In this document: piece after piece, positions 50,986-59,748 of the stretch
Numbering within the stretch: the stretch's first letter is position 1
How the letters are laid out: every line of letters starts with the position of its first letter
DNA from: Vulcanimicrobiota bacterium
GTDB taxonomy: Bacteria; Vulcanimicrobiota; Vulcanimicrobiia; Vulcanimicrobiales; Vulcanimicrobiaceae
Assembly: GCA_963833095.1 (NCBI GenBank)
Contig: CAWHWQ010000004.1
Coordinates: 96,001-160,000 of the forward strand
Length of the DNA: 64,000 nt
Direction of reading: 5' to 3'
The notes under the pieces: model-generated
The model's database searches: none
What the model saw: only the letters and a program-made list of their open reading frames with translations
Told to the model about the DNA's origin: nothing
Program-made: the position numbers and the translations under genes

Positions 50986-52158
50986 ATGCGACTTCGCCAT
51001 ATCGTCAGCCTTACTACAGCTATTCTCGGCGCGTTAATTGCGTCCGCAGGTACTGCAGGCACGACGAACGCACAGACGGCTCCTATCGCGTCACCCGCGA
51101 CACCGTCACCGCAGGAGCCAATTCCGTGGGCAACCGTGTTCCTTAGTGGGGGCGACGGCGATCCTACTGAGGCGGCCCGCGCGCAGCAGCACGTTATTTT
51201 CGTGATGGGCACCGGTGACGCGGCAACGCGGGGCAGGTTGATTTTTTCTGTGATTCAGGGGCTGCGGCAGTACGCGCTCAAGAATGACGCGCAACGCTGG
51301 CTGATCCCCGAACCTGAATGGACGTTGAGTGATTTTGCGAAGACGTGTAACACACGGTGGCAGACAACGATGGGCGCGCTCGTCGTTAGCGTCGTCGCGA
51401 TAGCAAACGGCGGCGAAGACAAGTTCATCTATAAGCGATCCACGACGCAGATTGCCGGCGGCGCATTGTATGCCCGCTGCAACCTCCCCGATCCGCTTCC
51501 ACCTACGAGTACCCAAAAGCCCAAGCTCCCAAATCCGCCAACGGACCTCACGCAGACCGGCGCTCTCTCTAGCCCGACGTGCATGTGGCGAGAAATATTT
51601 CACAGCAAAGCGCCCGTGCAACGTGAAGAGCGAATCGTCTCTGGCGGGTGCTTACCGCCTGCGCCTTCCGCGACGGGCTCGCCGGAGTTCTCCTGGAACT
51701 CGGGGGTCGAATATGCGACCGACACTGTAAAGACGCCGACATTGCTTCCGCCGCTTGCGCTATTGCTGTCCGCGGCAGGCATATGGGAGACATTCGCCCC
51801 ATCGAAGACAAACGGCACCGTGGTCACGGTGTCCGCGAGTCCCAACGCCGTTACGGGCGCTCAGACCACCGTCGCGACAACATCGCAGTCGGTGAGTAAT
51901 CCGTCGACGCTGGGCGGCGTAGCCGTTCCACTGTACGGGAACGCGCTAACGTACACGAGCGGCGCCACATCGATACCTCTCTCCGACGAGCAGAACTGGA
52001 GAGCCGCAAACGGCATAGTCACCTTGCTGTTGCGCGATATGAACTGCACCCTGTCGCCGAAGCCGGCGCCGTCGCCCGAAGCAACGCCGGCACGTTTCCC
52101 TCTCCTGTTGTTGTCAAAGGGACCCGCAGCGCCCACCGCGCCGTTCTGCAAGCAATGA
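50986..52158 (+). CDS. Hypothetical secreted protein
   Basis: Signal peptide, Pro/Thr-rich, several Cys; no recognised domain. Confidence 0.65.
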   Translation: MRLRHIVSLTTAILGALIASAGTAGTTNAQTAPIASPATPSPQEPIPWATVFLSGGDGDPTEAARAQQHVIFVMGTGDAATRGRLIFSVIQGLRQYALKNDAQRWLIPEPEWTLSDFAKTCNTRWQTTMGALVVSVVAIANGGEDKFIYKRSTTQIAGGALYARCNLPDPLPPTSTQKPKLPNPPTDLTQTGALSSPTCMWREIFHSKAPVQREERIVSGGCLPPAPSATGSPEFSWNSGVEYATDTVKTPTLLPPLALLLSAAGIWETFAPSKTNGTVVTVSASPNAVTGAQTTVATTSQSVSNPSTLGGVAVPLYGNALTYTSGATSIPLSDEQNWRAANGIVTLLLRDMNCTLSPKPAPSPEATPARFPLLLLSKGPAAPTAPFCKQ

Positions 52159-52174
52159 GCTGATCTATAAACCA

Positions 52175-52203
52175 AGAAGGCCCCCAAGTCGTGGAGGCCT
52201 TCT
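52175..52203. terminator. Hairpin between convergent genes
   Basis: AGAAGGCCCCCA-AGTCG-TGGAGGCCTTCT. Confidence 0.55.
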
Positions 52204-52228
52204 GCGATTCCCGTCGTGGGTCCGTCGC

Positions 52229-52660
52229 TTATGTTTGGGTTTCGTCGGAGAGCTGTGACTGCGCCCAATACGTCGCAGCCACGTTGCTAATCGACTGGGT
52301 CGTTGACGACGCCGTCGACGTTGGTATCGTAACGCCGAACGCATCTTCGTCGCTCGTCGAGCTCGACGAACTCGAGCCGCTCGACTGACCACCGTGATGA
52401 TGGTGGCCGTGTCGTTCCGATTGTAACTGCGCAAGCTGCGATGGGGTAAGGACCGATTCGATTTCGCTCTTGAGTTGCGATGACGAAACGGTTCCGCTTT
52501 GCGCGTTCTGGAGGAACTGGTTGATCTGCGTTTGTTGCGCTTGCGTGAGGTTGAGGCTTGCCAGCGCTGCAGGTAACGTCGGTGTGGTTGATTGCGCCGT
52601 GTTCGGGATACTCGGAATATAGGCTGCTGAACCGATCCCCGAGGTTCCTGAAATATTCAC
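52229..52660 (-). CDS. Hypothetical Ser/Gln-rich protein with LTxxQ motifs and a His run
   Basis: GTG 52660 after AAAGGAG; LNLTQAQQTQI, VLTPSQ, HGHHHH. Confidence 0.65.
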   Translation of the reverse strand: MNISGTSGIGSAAYIPSIPNTAQSTTPTLPAALASLNLTQAQQTQINQFLQNAQSGTVSSSQLKSEIESVLTPSQLAQLQSERHGHHHHGGQSSGSSSSSSTSDEDAFGVTIPTSTASSTTQSISNVAATYWAQSQLSDETQT

Positions 52661-52803
52661 TGAGGTCTCCTTTGTGCGCACGTCGCGCACTAGGTGCTTC
52701 GGCAGCAACGCTGTGAATAGCATAAGTATTTGCTGGGAACCGCGAAACCTGAGAACCTGAGCGTTCGGAGTCACGGGGTCCGCGGTCCGTGCGTTGCCCA
52801 AAC

Positions 52804-53493
52804 ATGCTTCGCATATGCGCGCTCCTGGCGGGCGCTTTGGCTCTTGCGGGGGTTGCCGGAAACGATACGATGGCCCCGCTTTCCCAGTATCTGATGAGTC
52901 CCCGCGTCGAAATCGCCCTCGCGCGCAGCGCGGCGCCGGCCTCGATTTCAACGAATGCGACGATCATGGTTCTCTCCGCGCGTGGCTACACCGTGGCCCA
53001 AAAAGGCGGGAACGGCTTTACGTGCATCGTCGAGCGGGGTTGGATGGTGCCGTTCGGCCGCGTGAATTTCTGGAGCGTGAAGATGCTCGCCCCGACCTGC
53101 TACAACGCAGCGGCGGCGCGTACCGTGCTTCTCTACACCTTCAAGCGGACGGAAATGGCGCTAGCGGGAGCAAGCAAATCGCAGATCCAGGACCGCATCG
53201 TTGCGGCGATCGACGCCAAGGCACTCCCCACACCGCAGCCCGGCTCGATGGCGTATATGATGTCGAAGTCGCAGTATTTGAACGATGACGCCAAAGCGTG
53301 GTATCCGCACGTAATGATTTACACGTCGATGGATGACAGCGCAAATTCCGGTGCGAGCTGGGGAGCCGACCGCCTGCGCTCGCCCGTCGTCTTCGACGCG
53401 CGGGACAAGATGCCCGAGCCCTGGTCGTGCTTCTTCATTCCCGTCTCGCACTGGTCCGACGGCTCGCCCGCGCCCCTGTATTCGGGCACGTGA
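52804..53493 (+). CDS. Secreted hypothetical protein
   Basis: Signal peptide; EIALARSAAP, GFTCIVER, PTCYN, GSMAYMMSK, PHVMIY. Confidence 0.75.
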   Translation: MLRICALLAGALALAGVAGNDTMAPLSQYLMSPRVEIALARSAAPASISTNATIMVLSARGYTVAQKGGNGFTCIVERGWMVPFGRVNFWSVKMLAPTCYNAAAARTVLLYTFKRTEMALAGASKSQIQDRIVAAIDAKALPTPQPGSMAYMMSKSQYLNDDAKAWYPHVMIYTSMDDSANSGASWGADRLRSPVVFDARDKMPEPWSCFFIPVSHWSDGSPAPLYSGT

Positions 53494-53553
53494 CGCCTGC
53501 CACTAGACGCTATAATTAGCGCGTGGTGGTGGGACCTGCTATAATGAGCGTAT

Positions 53554-53976
53554 ATGACCACCCTGGCCCTGGCGCCGTCCGCCATCGATTTCGCGCGGTC
53601 CCCCGCGAAGCTCAAGGCCCTTTCGCCCACCGCGATCCGCACGTTTAAGGATATCGCCACGCATTGGGCGCTCGCGCCGATCGAGCAGCGCATTCTGCTG
53701 GGCGTGCTTCCGCAGTCGACCTACACCAAGTACATGCGCGATCCTGACTCGGCGCTGCTCTCGTACGACACGCTGCAGCGTATCTCGATGCTGCTCGGCA
53801 TCTTCAAGGCCATCAACATTCTTCTGCCCGACGCGCAGCTCGCCGACGCCTGGATCAGCGCACCCAACGCGCATCCGCTGTTCAAAGGAAAGAGCGCGAA
53901 AGAACTGCTGCTCGACGGTTCGTTCGAAAGTCTCTCGGCGGTGCGCGCGTATCTCGACACGCAGCGCGGATGGTAG
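53554..53976 (+). CDS. Xre/MbcA/ParS antitoxin
   Basis: DTLQRISMLLGIFKAINIL...ADAWISAPN..LF...VRAYLD. Confidence 0.88.
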   Translation: MTTLALAPSAIDFARSPAKLKALSPTAIRTFKDIATHWALAPIEQRILLGVLPQSTYTKYMRDPDSALLSYDTLQRISMLLGIFKAINILLPDAQLADAWISAPNAHPLFKGKSAKELLLDGSFESLSAVRAYLDTQRGW

Positions 53977-54605
53977 CGCGCTTCCGTAAGAAGCATACCT
54001 TTCGGGTCATCGCGCATCGCCGCAACGAAGAACGCATCGCCGACCGTCTTCCCTCGGTCACCGATCGTGCCGCGCTGGATGAAATCGAAGCGATAACCAA
54101 CCCGCGCCGGAAATTCCCCAGCAGCGACAGCAACGACATGGTCATCGCGTCATTCGTCTATTCCGGTGCGAGCCGCTTCACCGACGGCAGCTACGGTGTC
54201 TACTATGCGGCCTTCGAGCAGCGCACGGCGATCGCCGAATCGGCCTATCACACCGCGCGCTTTCTCGCCTACACCAACACGCGGCCGACGCTGGTCTACA
54301 AGCGCGTGCTCACCGCCAATATCAGGGGCGCGTATGACGACATCCGTGCGACCCCGCTGGACGACCCCATCTACGATCCCGATCCGGAAAAATACGCTGC
54401 GGCGCAAGCCTACGCGTTGCAGCTCTACGCGGCCGACGCCGTCGACGGCATCGTCTACACCAGCGTGCGCGCGGCGGACGGCACCTGCGTCGTCGCGTTT
54501 CGCCCGCGGCTGATCTCGGACTGCACTACCGCCGGCTTCCTTGCTTTTAGCTACGACGGCACGCGCATCGACGATATGTTCGCTATCGAATCCCTGACGA
54601 TTTGA
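53970..54605 (+). CDS. RES domain toxin (NAD+ phosphorylase family)
   Basis: SRFTDGSYGVYYAA...AIAESAYH...GIVYTSVR (R-E-S triad); overlaps the antitoxin stop. Confidence 0.9.
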   Translation: MVARFRKKHTFRVIAHRRNEERIADRLPSVTDRAALDEIEAITNPRRKFPSSDSNDMVIASFVYSGASRFTDGSYGVYYAAFEQRTAIAESAYHTARFLAYTNTRPTLVYKRVLTANIRGAYDDIRATPLDDPIYDPDPEKYAAAQAYALQLYAADAVDGIVYTSVRAADGTCVVAFRPRLISDCTTAGFLAFSYDGTRIDDMFAIESLTI

Positions 54606-54621
54606 CTAAAATATCCCCACT

Positions 54622-55617
54622 ATGGAATTTACCGAGATCAAAGATACCGCTATTCGCCCTTCGCGCATTGGGCTTGGCACCTGGGCGATCGGAGGGTGGA
54701 TGTGGGGCGGCGCCGACGACGAAGCGGCAATCGACACGATCCATCGGGCGCTCGACGCGGGCATTACCCTGGTCGATACGGCGCCGGCGTACGGGCAGGG
54801 TCACTCCGAAGAAGTCGTCGGCCGCGCGCTCAAAGGCCGGCGCGATAAGGCGATTATCGCCACCAAGGTTGGGCTGGAATGGGACGCGCAGGCCAACATG
54901 CATCGCAACGCGTCCGCTGCGCGCATCCAAAAAGAAATCACCGATTCGCTGCGGCGACTGCAGACCGACTACGTCGACATCTATCAGATCCACTGGCCCG
55001 ATCCCTCAACGCCGATGGAAGAAACCGCCAAGGCGATGCAGGCGCTCTTCGACGCCGGAAACATCCGCGCGATCGGCGTAAGCAACTTTTCTCCCGCCCA
55101 GATGGATGAATTTCGTCGCTACGCGACGCTGCACACGCTGCAGCCGCCGTATAATCTTTTTGAGCGCGAGGCAGAGAAAGACGTGCTCCCGTACGGGGTA
55201 TCGCATGGGCTGACGGCGCTGACCTACGGCGCGCTGTGCCGCGGGTTGCTCAGCGGTAAGATGCGCACCGGCACCGTGTTTAGCGGCGACGATCTGCGCC
55301 GTAGCGATCCGAAATTCCGGCAGCCGCGGTACGGCCAATACTTGCGCGCAGTCGACCGGCTCGACGCGCTCGCGCAGGCGAAATTCGGTAAGCGCGTGAT
55401 TCATTTGGCGCTTCGCTGGGTGCTCGATCAACCCGGCGTCGGGAGCGCACTCTGGGGCGCGCGTCACCCCGACCAAGTGGATCCGATCTCCGCGGTATTC
55501 GATTTTTCGCTCGATGATGCAACGAAAGCGCAGATCGACAAAATCGTCGCCGAAGAGGTGACGTCGCCGGTCGGCCCCGAGTTCATGGCGCCGCCGCAGA
55601 CGGTGGCTACATCATGA
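54622..55617 (+). CDS. Aldo/keto reductase
   Basis: GLGTWAIGG, DTAPAYG, IATKVG, YQIHWPD, IGVSNF, QPPYNL. Confidence 0.95.
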   Translation: MEFTEIKDTAIRPSRIGLGTWAIGGWMWGGADDEAAIDTIHRALDAGITLVDTAPAYGQGHSEEVVGRALKGRRDKAIIATKVGLEWDAQANMHRNASAARIQKEITDSLRRLQTDYVDIYQIHWPDPSTPMEETAKAMQALFDAGNIRAIGVSNFSPAQMDEFRRYATLHTLQPPYNLFEREAEKDVLPYGVSHGLTALTYGALCRGLLSGKMRTGTVFSGDDLRRSDPKFRQPRYGQYLRAVDRLDALAQAKFGKRVIHLALRWVLDQPGVGSALWGARHPDQVDPISAVFDFSLDDATKAQIDKIVAEEVTSPVGPEFMAPPQTVATS

Positions 55618-55716
55618 CCTAAGTTCGAAACACAACTTTAACGCGCCGTCCATTGCTTCGACTCCATCGTCGTTGGGTAAAGTACCGATAATAAAGGTGG
55701 GACGAGGTGATCCGAG

Positions 55717-56037
55717 ATGGCTCTGGTTAGAGCAGTCGCGCTGCTCCTTTTTCTAAACGCGCTTTCGACCACCCAAGGGTTGGCGCAAAGCAAACCCGTG
55801 TGGCAAACGCCGGCTGACACGATTGCGGTCCTGAGCACCAGCGGCAATGCCGGCTTCAGTTACGCGCTGCTGCGCGACGGCTCGATGCGAAACCACAATA
55901 CCTACTGCGTTACGATTGGCGCGCACATCGGCAAGCTGCGGGTCGTCTCCATCGGACCTAAGGGTGTCGTGCTTTCGAATGGTCGCTTGTTGCCGACCAC
56001 CCTCGTCGCAACCGGGCAGGCGATTAGCCCTCCCTAA
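55717..56037 (+). CDS. Small secreted protein with a PilP/GspC-like beta domain
   Basis: Signal peptide; VTIGAHIGKLRVVSIGPKGVVL; directly upstream of the secretin. Confidence 0.55.
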   Translation: MALVRAVALLLFLNALSTTQGLAQSKPVWQTPADTIAVLSTSGNAGFSYALLRDGSMRNHNTYCVTIGAHIGKLRVVSIGPKGVVLSNGRLLPTTLVATGQAISPP

Positions 56038-56052
56038 CCCAATCACCGCCAG

Positions 56053-57579
56053 ATGGCGGCATTTTCAAAGGTTGCGCTCGTCGTTGCGTTGCTTTCCCTT
56101 GTACCGTTCCACGTCGCATCGGCCGCTACCGAGGAGCTCTTGTCGTATCGCACCTCGCCTGCGGCCGACGGCAGCGTGCGGCTTGAACTCGACTTTGACG
56201 GACCCGCGCCGGCCACGCAAGTTATTCACTCGGTCCGCGACGATGCAAAGGTGGTCCTCGTCGGCGTCCAACGCGGCCCCGATCTTCCGGCAACGATTGC
56301 GCCGGGCGGAACGATGAAGGGCGGCAGCATCTCTGCCTTCGCGCACATCGGCCTGCTCGTCGACCTGCAGTTGACCAAGGACGTTCGCCCGCACACGGAA
56401 AGTTTCGGCAATCGGGTCATCGTGCATATTCCCGCCGGCGCAAGCGATGAGGAAGCGCACGTCGTCGTCGCAACGCAAGCGCACGCTCAAGGTGTAACGA
56501 TCATTCGCCTCTCCTACGCCGACGTCAGCGAAGTTGCGGGCTTGATCAAGGGCGGCGTCGTCGTTCCCTCGGTCGATCAGTTTACCGCGACGTCACCTTT
56601 TGCGCCGCCCACGCCACCCCCGAATAGCTCGTTCTCCAGCTCGTCCTCGCAAGGAGCGACCAACCAGACGCCGACGTACGTCACGATTCCGACCGGCTCG
56701 CTCATCCCCAAGGATACCGCGCAAGGAGTCTTCATCAACGACAACGTCTCCGTCGACCGGCGACTCAATGCCGTCATCCTGCGCGGTACACCCGAAGAGA
56801 TCGCGCCGTACCAGCGGATGATCGCGTTGGTCGATACGCCGCGGCGCAGCGTGCTGCTCGAAACGCAAGTCGTCGAGTTGACTGAGACCGGAGCCTACGA
56901 TTTGGGCATCAACTATTCGCCCAGCGGAACGCTTGCGACCGCGACGTTCAGTGCCGGCAATACGCTGCCGGTCGGAACGGCCGCCGGCGGCGTTACCGGC
57001 GCCACGACCCAACCGCTCGCCAGCGTTTCGCTCGGCGCGCAGTTGTTGGCCTTGCAGCAAAAAGGCCAAGCCAAGATTCTCGCGCAGCCGCGCATTCTCG
57101 CTGCCGACAATCGCATCGCTGCCATCCTCTCTGGCGAAGCGGTGCCGATCTTCAATAACGTGCTGGTTCCCTCAGGCGGTACGACGCTGATTCAGCAGCA
57201 GATTCAATACATCAATGTCGGCGTCTCCTTGGAGATTCTGCCGCGCATCTCTGCCGACGGCAACGTCACCGTCGACGTGTTCTCGGAAGTATCGAACATC
57301 GTGTCGTACATCGGCACCACCCCGCAAATCGCGGTGCGCCAAGAACTTACCACCGCTTCCGCCGGCGACGGCCAGTCGATCTTGATGGGCGGCTTGATGC
57401 AAGACCAGGAGATCAAAACGCTCAGCAAGATTCCGGGGATCGGCGATTTGCCGATCATCGGCCCGCTGTTCCAGCAGACCGTGAGTTCGAGTCAAAAGAC
57501 GAACCTCTACCTCGTCATCACGCCGCACATACTGACAAAGACCTCCACCGCGGACCGTCCGCCCACAACACCACCCTAA
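56053..57579 (+). CDS. Secretin (PilQ/GspD family)
   Basis: IRLSYADVSEV, VDRRLNAVILRG (N3), KILAQPRIL, VGVSLEILPRI, KIPGIGDLPIIGPLF, LYLVITPHI. Confidence 0.92.
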   Translation: MAAFSKVALVVALLSLVPFHVASAATEELLSYRTSPAADGSVRLELDFDGPAPATQVIHSVRDDAKVVLVGVQRGPDLPATIAPGGTMKGGSISAFAHIGLLVDLQLTKDVRPHTESFGNRVIVHIPAGASDEEAHVVVATQAHAQGVTIIRLSYADVSEVAGLIKGGVVVPSVDQFTATSPFAPPTPPPNSSFSSSSSQGATNQTPTYVTIPTGSLIPKDTAQGVFINDNVSVDRRLNAVILRGTPEEIAPYQRMIALVDTPRRSVLLETQVVELTETGAYDLGINYSPSGTLATATFSAGNTLPVGTAAGGVTGATTQPLASVSLGAQLLALQQKGQAKILAQPRILAADNRIAAILSGEAVPIFNNVLVPSGGTTLIQQQIQYINVGVSLEILPRISADGNVTVDVFSEVSNIVSYIGTTPQIAVRQELTTASAGDGQSILMGGLMQDQEIKTLSKIPGIGDLPIIGPLFQQTVSSSQKTNLYLVITPHILTKTSTADRPPTTPP

Positions 57580-57642
57580 ATCCCGGGTCGAATGGCTGGC
57601 CAAGCTGGTTGATGGTCCTCCGAAGTGTGCATACTGTAAGAG

Positions 57643-59343
57643 GTGACCGAAACTACCAAGAATCGCGATCAAGCGCGATTGACCTTACTTGTACGCGCAG
57701 GCGACATTTTTCATCAATCGCTCGACGTAACCGCGACGCTTAACAACGTCGCGCGTCTTGCGGTCGAATCGTTCGCCGACCTGTGCCTGTTCGATCTCCT
57801 CGACGACCGCTCGGAACGACTTTTCGTCACTGCGGCAGCGCATCGCGATCCCTCGAAGGAAGATGCGCTCGCCGGCGTCTCGAGCTTACTCTACATCGAG
57901 GAGTTCGGCGTGCATCCCGTCGTCCAAGTCACGCAAACGGGAAATCCCTTCTTCCTCGCGCACATCGACGAGGCAACGCTCATTGGGCATGCCGCATCGC
58001 GTCAACACGAGCAATACATGCGCCGGCTCAACTATCGCTCGAAGATCGTCGTCCCGGTCGTGGCCCAGAATCGTATCTTCGGCGCGCTGACGTTCGTGCG
58101 CACGCAGGAAGACAATGAATTCGATCTCGGTGACCTCACGTTTGCAATCGAGCTTGGGCGGCGCGCCGGACTTGCCGTTGCAAACGCAAAGCAATTTCAC
58201 CGCGAGCAATATGTTGCCGAGACGCTCCAGCGCTCGTTTCTGCCGCGGCGCTTTCCCTCGCGTCCGGGGATGGAGCTAAGCGCGCATTATCGTCCCGGCT
58301 TAACCGAAGCGGCCGTAGGCGGCGACTGGTACGACGCGTTCGAGAACGGTGCCGGCGAAATCGTCGTAACGATCGGCGACGTCACCGGCAAGGGCGTCGT
58401 GGCTGCGCGGCTGATGGTCCTCACGCGTCAAGCGATTCGCGTGGCCGCGCTCGATCACAGCGATCCACGCAAGCTCGCCGACGTCTGCAATCGCTTGTTG
58501 CTGGCCGAAGATGACGACCGTTTGGCCAGCGCGTTTATCGGCGTCATCGATCCTGGCACGGGCATGCTTCGCTACGTATCGGCCGGTCACGTCCCGCCTC
58601 TGCTGCGACTTCCCGACGGCGACGTGCAGCGTCTCAAGGAGCCTTCCGCGCCGCTTGGCGCGTTTTGGGATGTCGAGTTTGAACTGCATGAACTTCGGTG
58701 CCCGCCGCGCAGTATGCTGGTGCTCTATACCGACGGCCTTGTCGAAGCCTCGCGCGACGTGCTTGCGGGCGAAGCCATGCTGAAATCGGTTCTCTCGAGT
58801 GACGCCGTCCTCTACGCCTCGAATCCGGCTGAGTTCGTCGAGCGCGCGATCGCCGGCCAGACCCCGCGCGACGACATCGCCGTCATCGTCGTCAACTTCG
58901 CGCAGACCACGATGCGCTGGCAATTTGAAGCCGCCGATTCGCGTTCGGCGTACACCATGCGCGACGAATATTTTCGCAGCCTGCTCCGTTGGAGCGAAGC
59001 CGACGATGACCAACTCTCGGTGTGCGGGCTAATCTTTGCCGAACTCATCGGCAATGCCGTGCGGCACGCGGCGGGACCGCTAAGCGCGTCGCTCGAGGTT
59101 CGCGGCGATGCCATTGTGCTGCACGTGATCGACGAGGGCCCGGGATTCGACTTCGTGCCCGCGCTGCCTCGCAATCTCTGGGCCGAGTCCGGCCGCGGCC
59201 TTTACCTCATTCAAAGGCTTTCACGCGGTGTGCGCGCGGAACGGCTTCCCGGACGCGGAAGCCACGTCGCGGTGACCCTTCCGGTTGAGTGCGACCACCG
59301 CGAAATGCGGCCGCCGCATCTTTACACGCTTGCACATGGCTAG
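57643..59343 (+). CDS. GAF + SpoIIE/PP2C phosphatase + HATPase (anti-sigma kinase-like) protein
   Basis: VGGDWYD, IGDVTGKG, SAGHVPP, LYTDGLVE, DDIA; ELIGNAVRH, DEGPG, ESGRGL. Confidence 0.9.
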   Translation: MTETTKNRDQARLTLLVRAGDIFHQSLDVTATLNNVARLAVESFADLCLFDLLDDRSERLFVTAAAHRDPSKEDALAGVSSLLYIEEFGVHPVVQVTQTGNPFFLAHIDEATLIGHAASRQHEQYMRRLNYRSKIVVPVVAQNRIFGALTFVRTQEDNEFDLGDLTFAIELGRRAGLAVANAKQFHREQYVAETLQRSFLPRRFPSRPGMELSAHYRPGLTEAAVGGDWYDAFENGAGEIVVTIGDVTGKGVVAARLMVLTRQAIRVAALDHSDPRKLADVCNRLLLAEDDDRLASAFIGVIDPGTGMLRYVSAGHVPPLLRLPDGDVQRLKEPSAPLGAFWDVEFELHELRCPPRSMLVLYTDGLVEASRDVLAGEAMLKSVLSSDAVLYASNPAEFVERAIAGQTPRDDIAVIVVNFAQTTMRWQFEAADSRSAYTMRDEYFRSLLRWSEADDDQLSVCGLIFAELIGNAVRHAAGPLSASLEVRGDAIVLHVIDEGPGFDFVPALPRNLWAESGRGLYLIQRLSRGVRAERLPGRGSHVAVTLPVECDHREMRPPHLYTLAHG

Positions 59344-59477
59344 CACCGGCAGCAATACCTACCGCTGCCATTTTTAAGGCACAAACGCGGCTCGCTCGTC
59401 TGCTCCCTTTGGCCTAGCCGATGATTACTTTGGCCCAACTGGTAAGATCGAGACGTTTTGCCGCGAATAGAGCGTGT

Positions 59478-59711
59478 ATGACTAGCATCGAAGCTTCGCT
59501 CAGCCCGGCAGAACGTGGCGTCTTGCAGAAACTTTTGGACGGACTTCGCAATCAAGATATTGCGGAGCGGTTACGGCTTTCCGACAAGACCGTGAAGAAT
59601 CATATCTCGCACATCTTACGCAAAACCGGAACCACGTCGCGCCTCGAGTTGACGATCAAAGTCTATAAGCAGCGCGAACGCGCGCTGCGCCGCCGCCTCA
59701 CGGCTGCCTGA
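59478..59711 (+). CDS. Stand-alone LuxR-type HTH protein
   Basis: LSPAERGVL..GLRNQDIAERLRLSDKTVKNHISHILRK. Confidence 0.88.
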   Translation: MTSIEASLSPAERGVLQKLLDGLRNQDIAERLRLSDKTVKNHISHILRKTGTTSRLELTIKVYKQRERALRRRLTAA

Positions 59712-59748
59712 CAGGGGAGCGACCGCCGCCCTGACGGAACTAGGCTAC

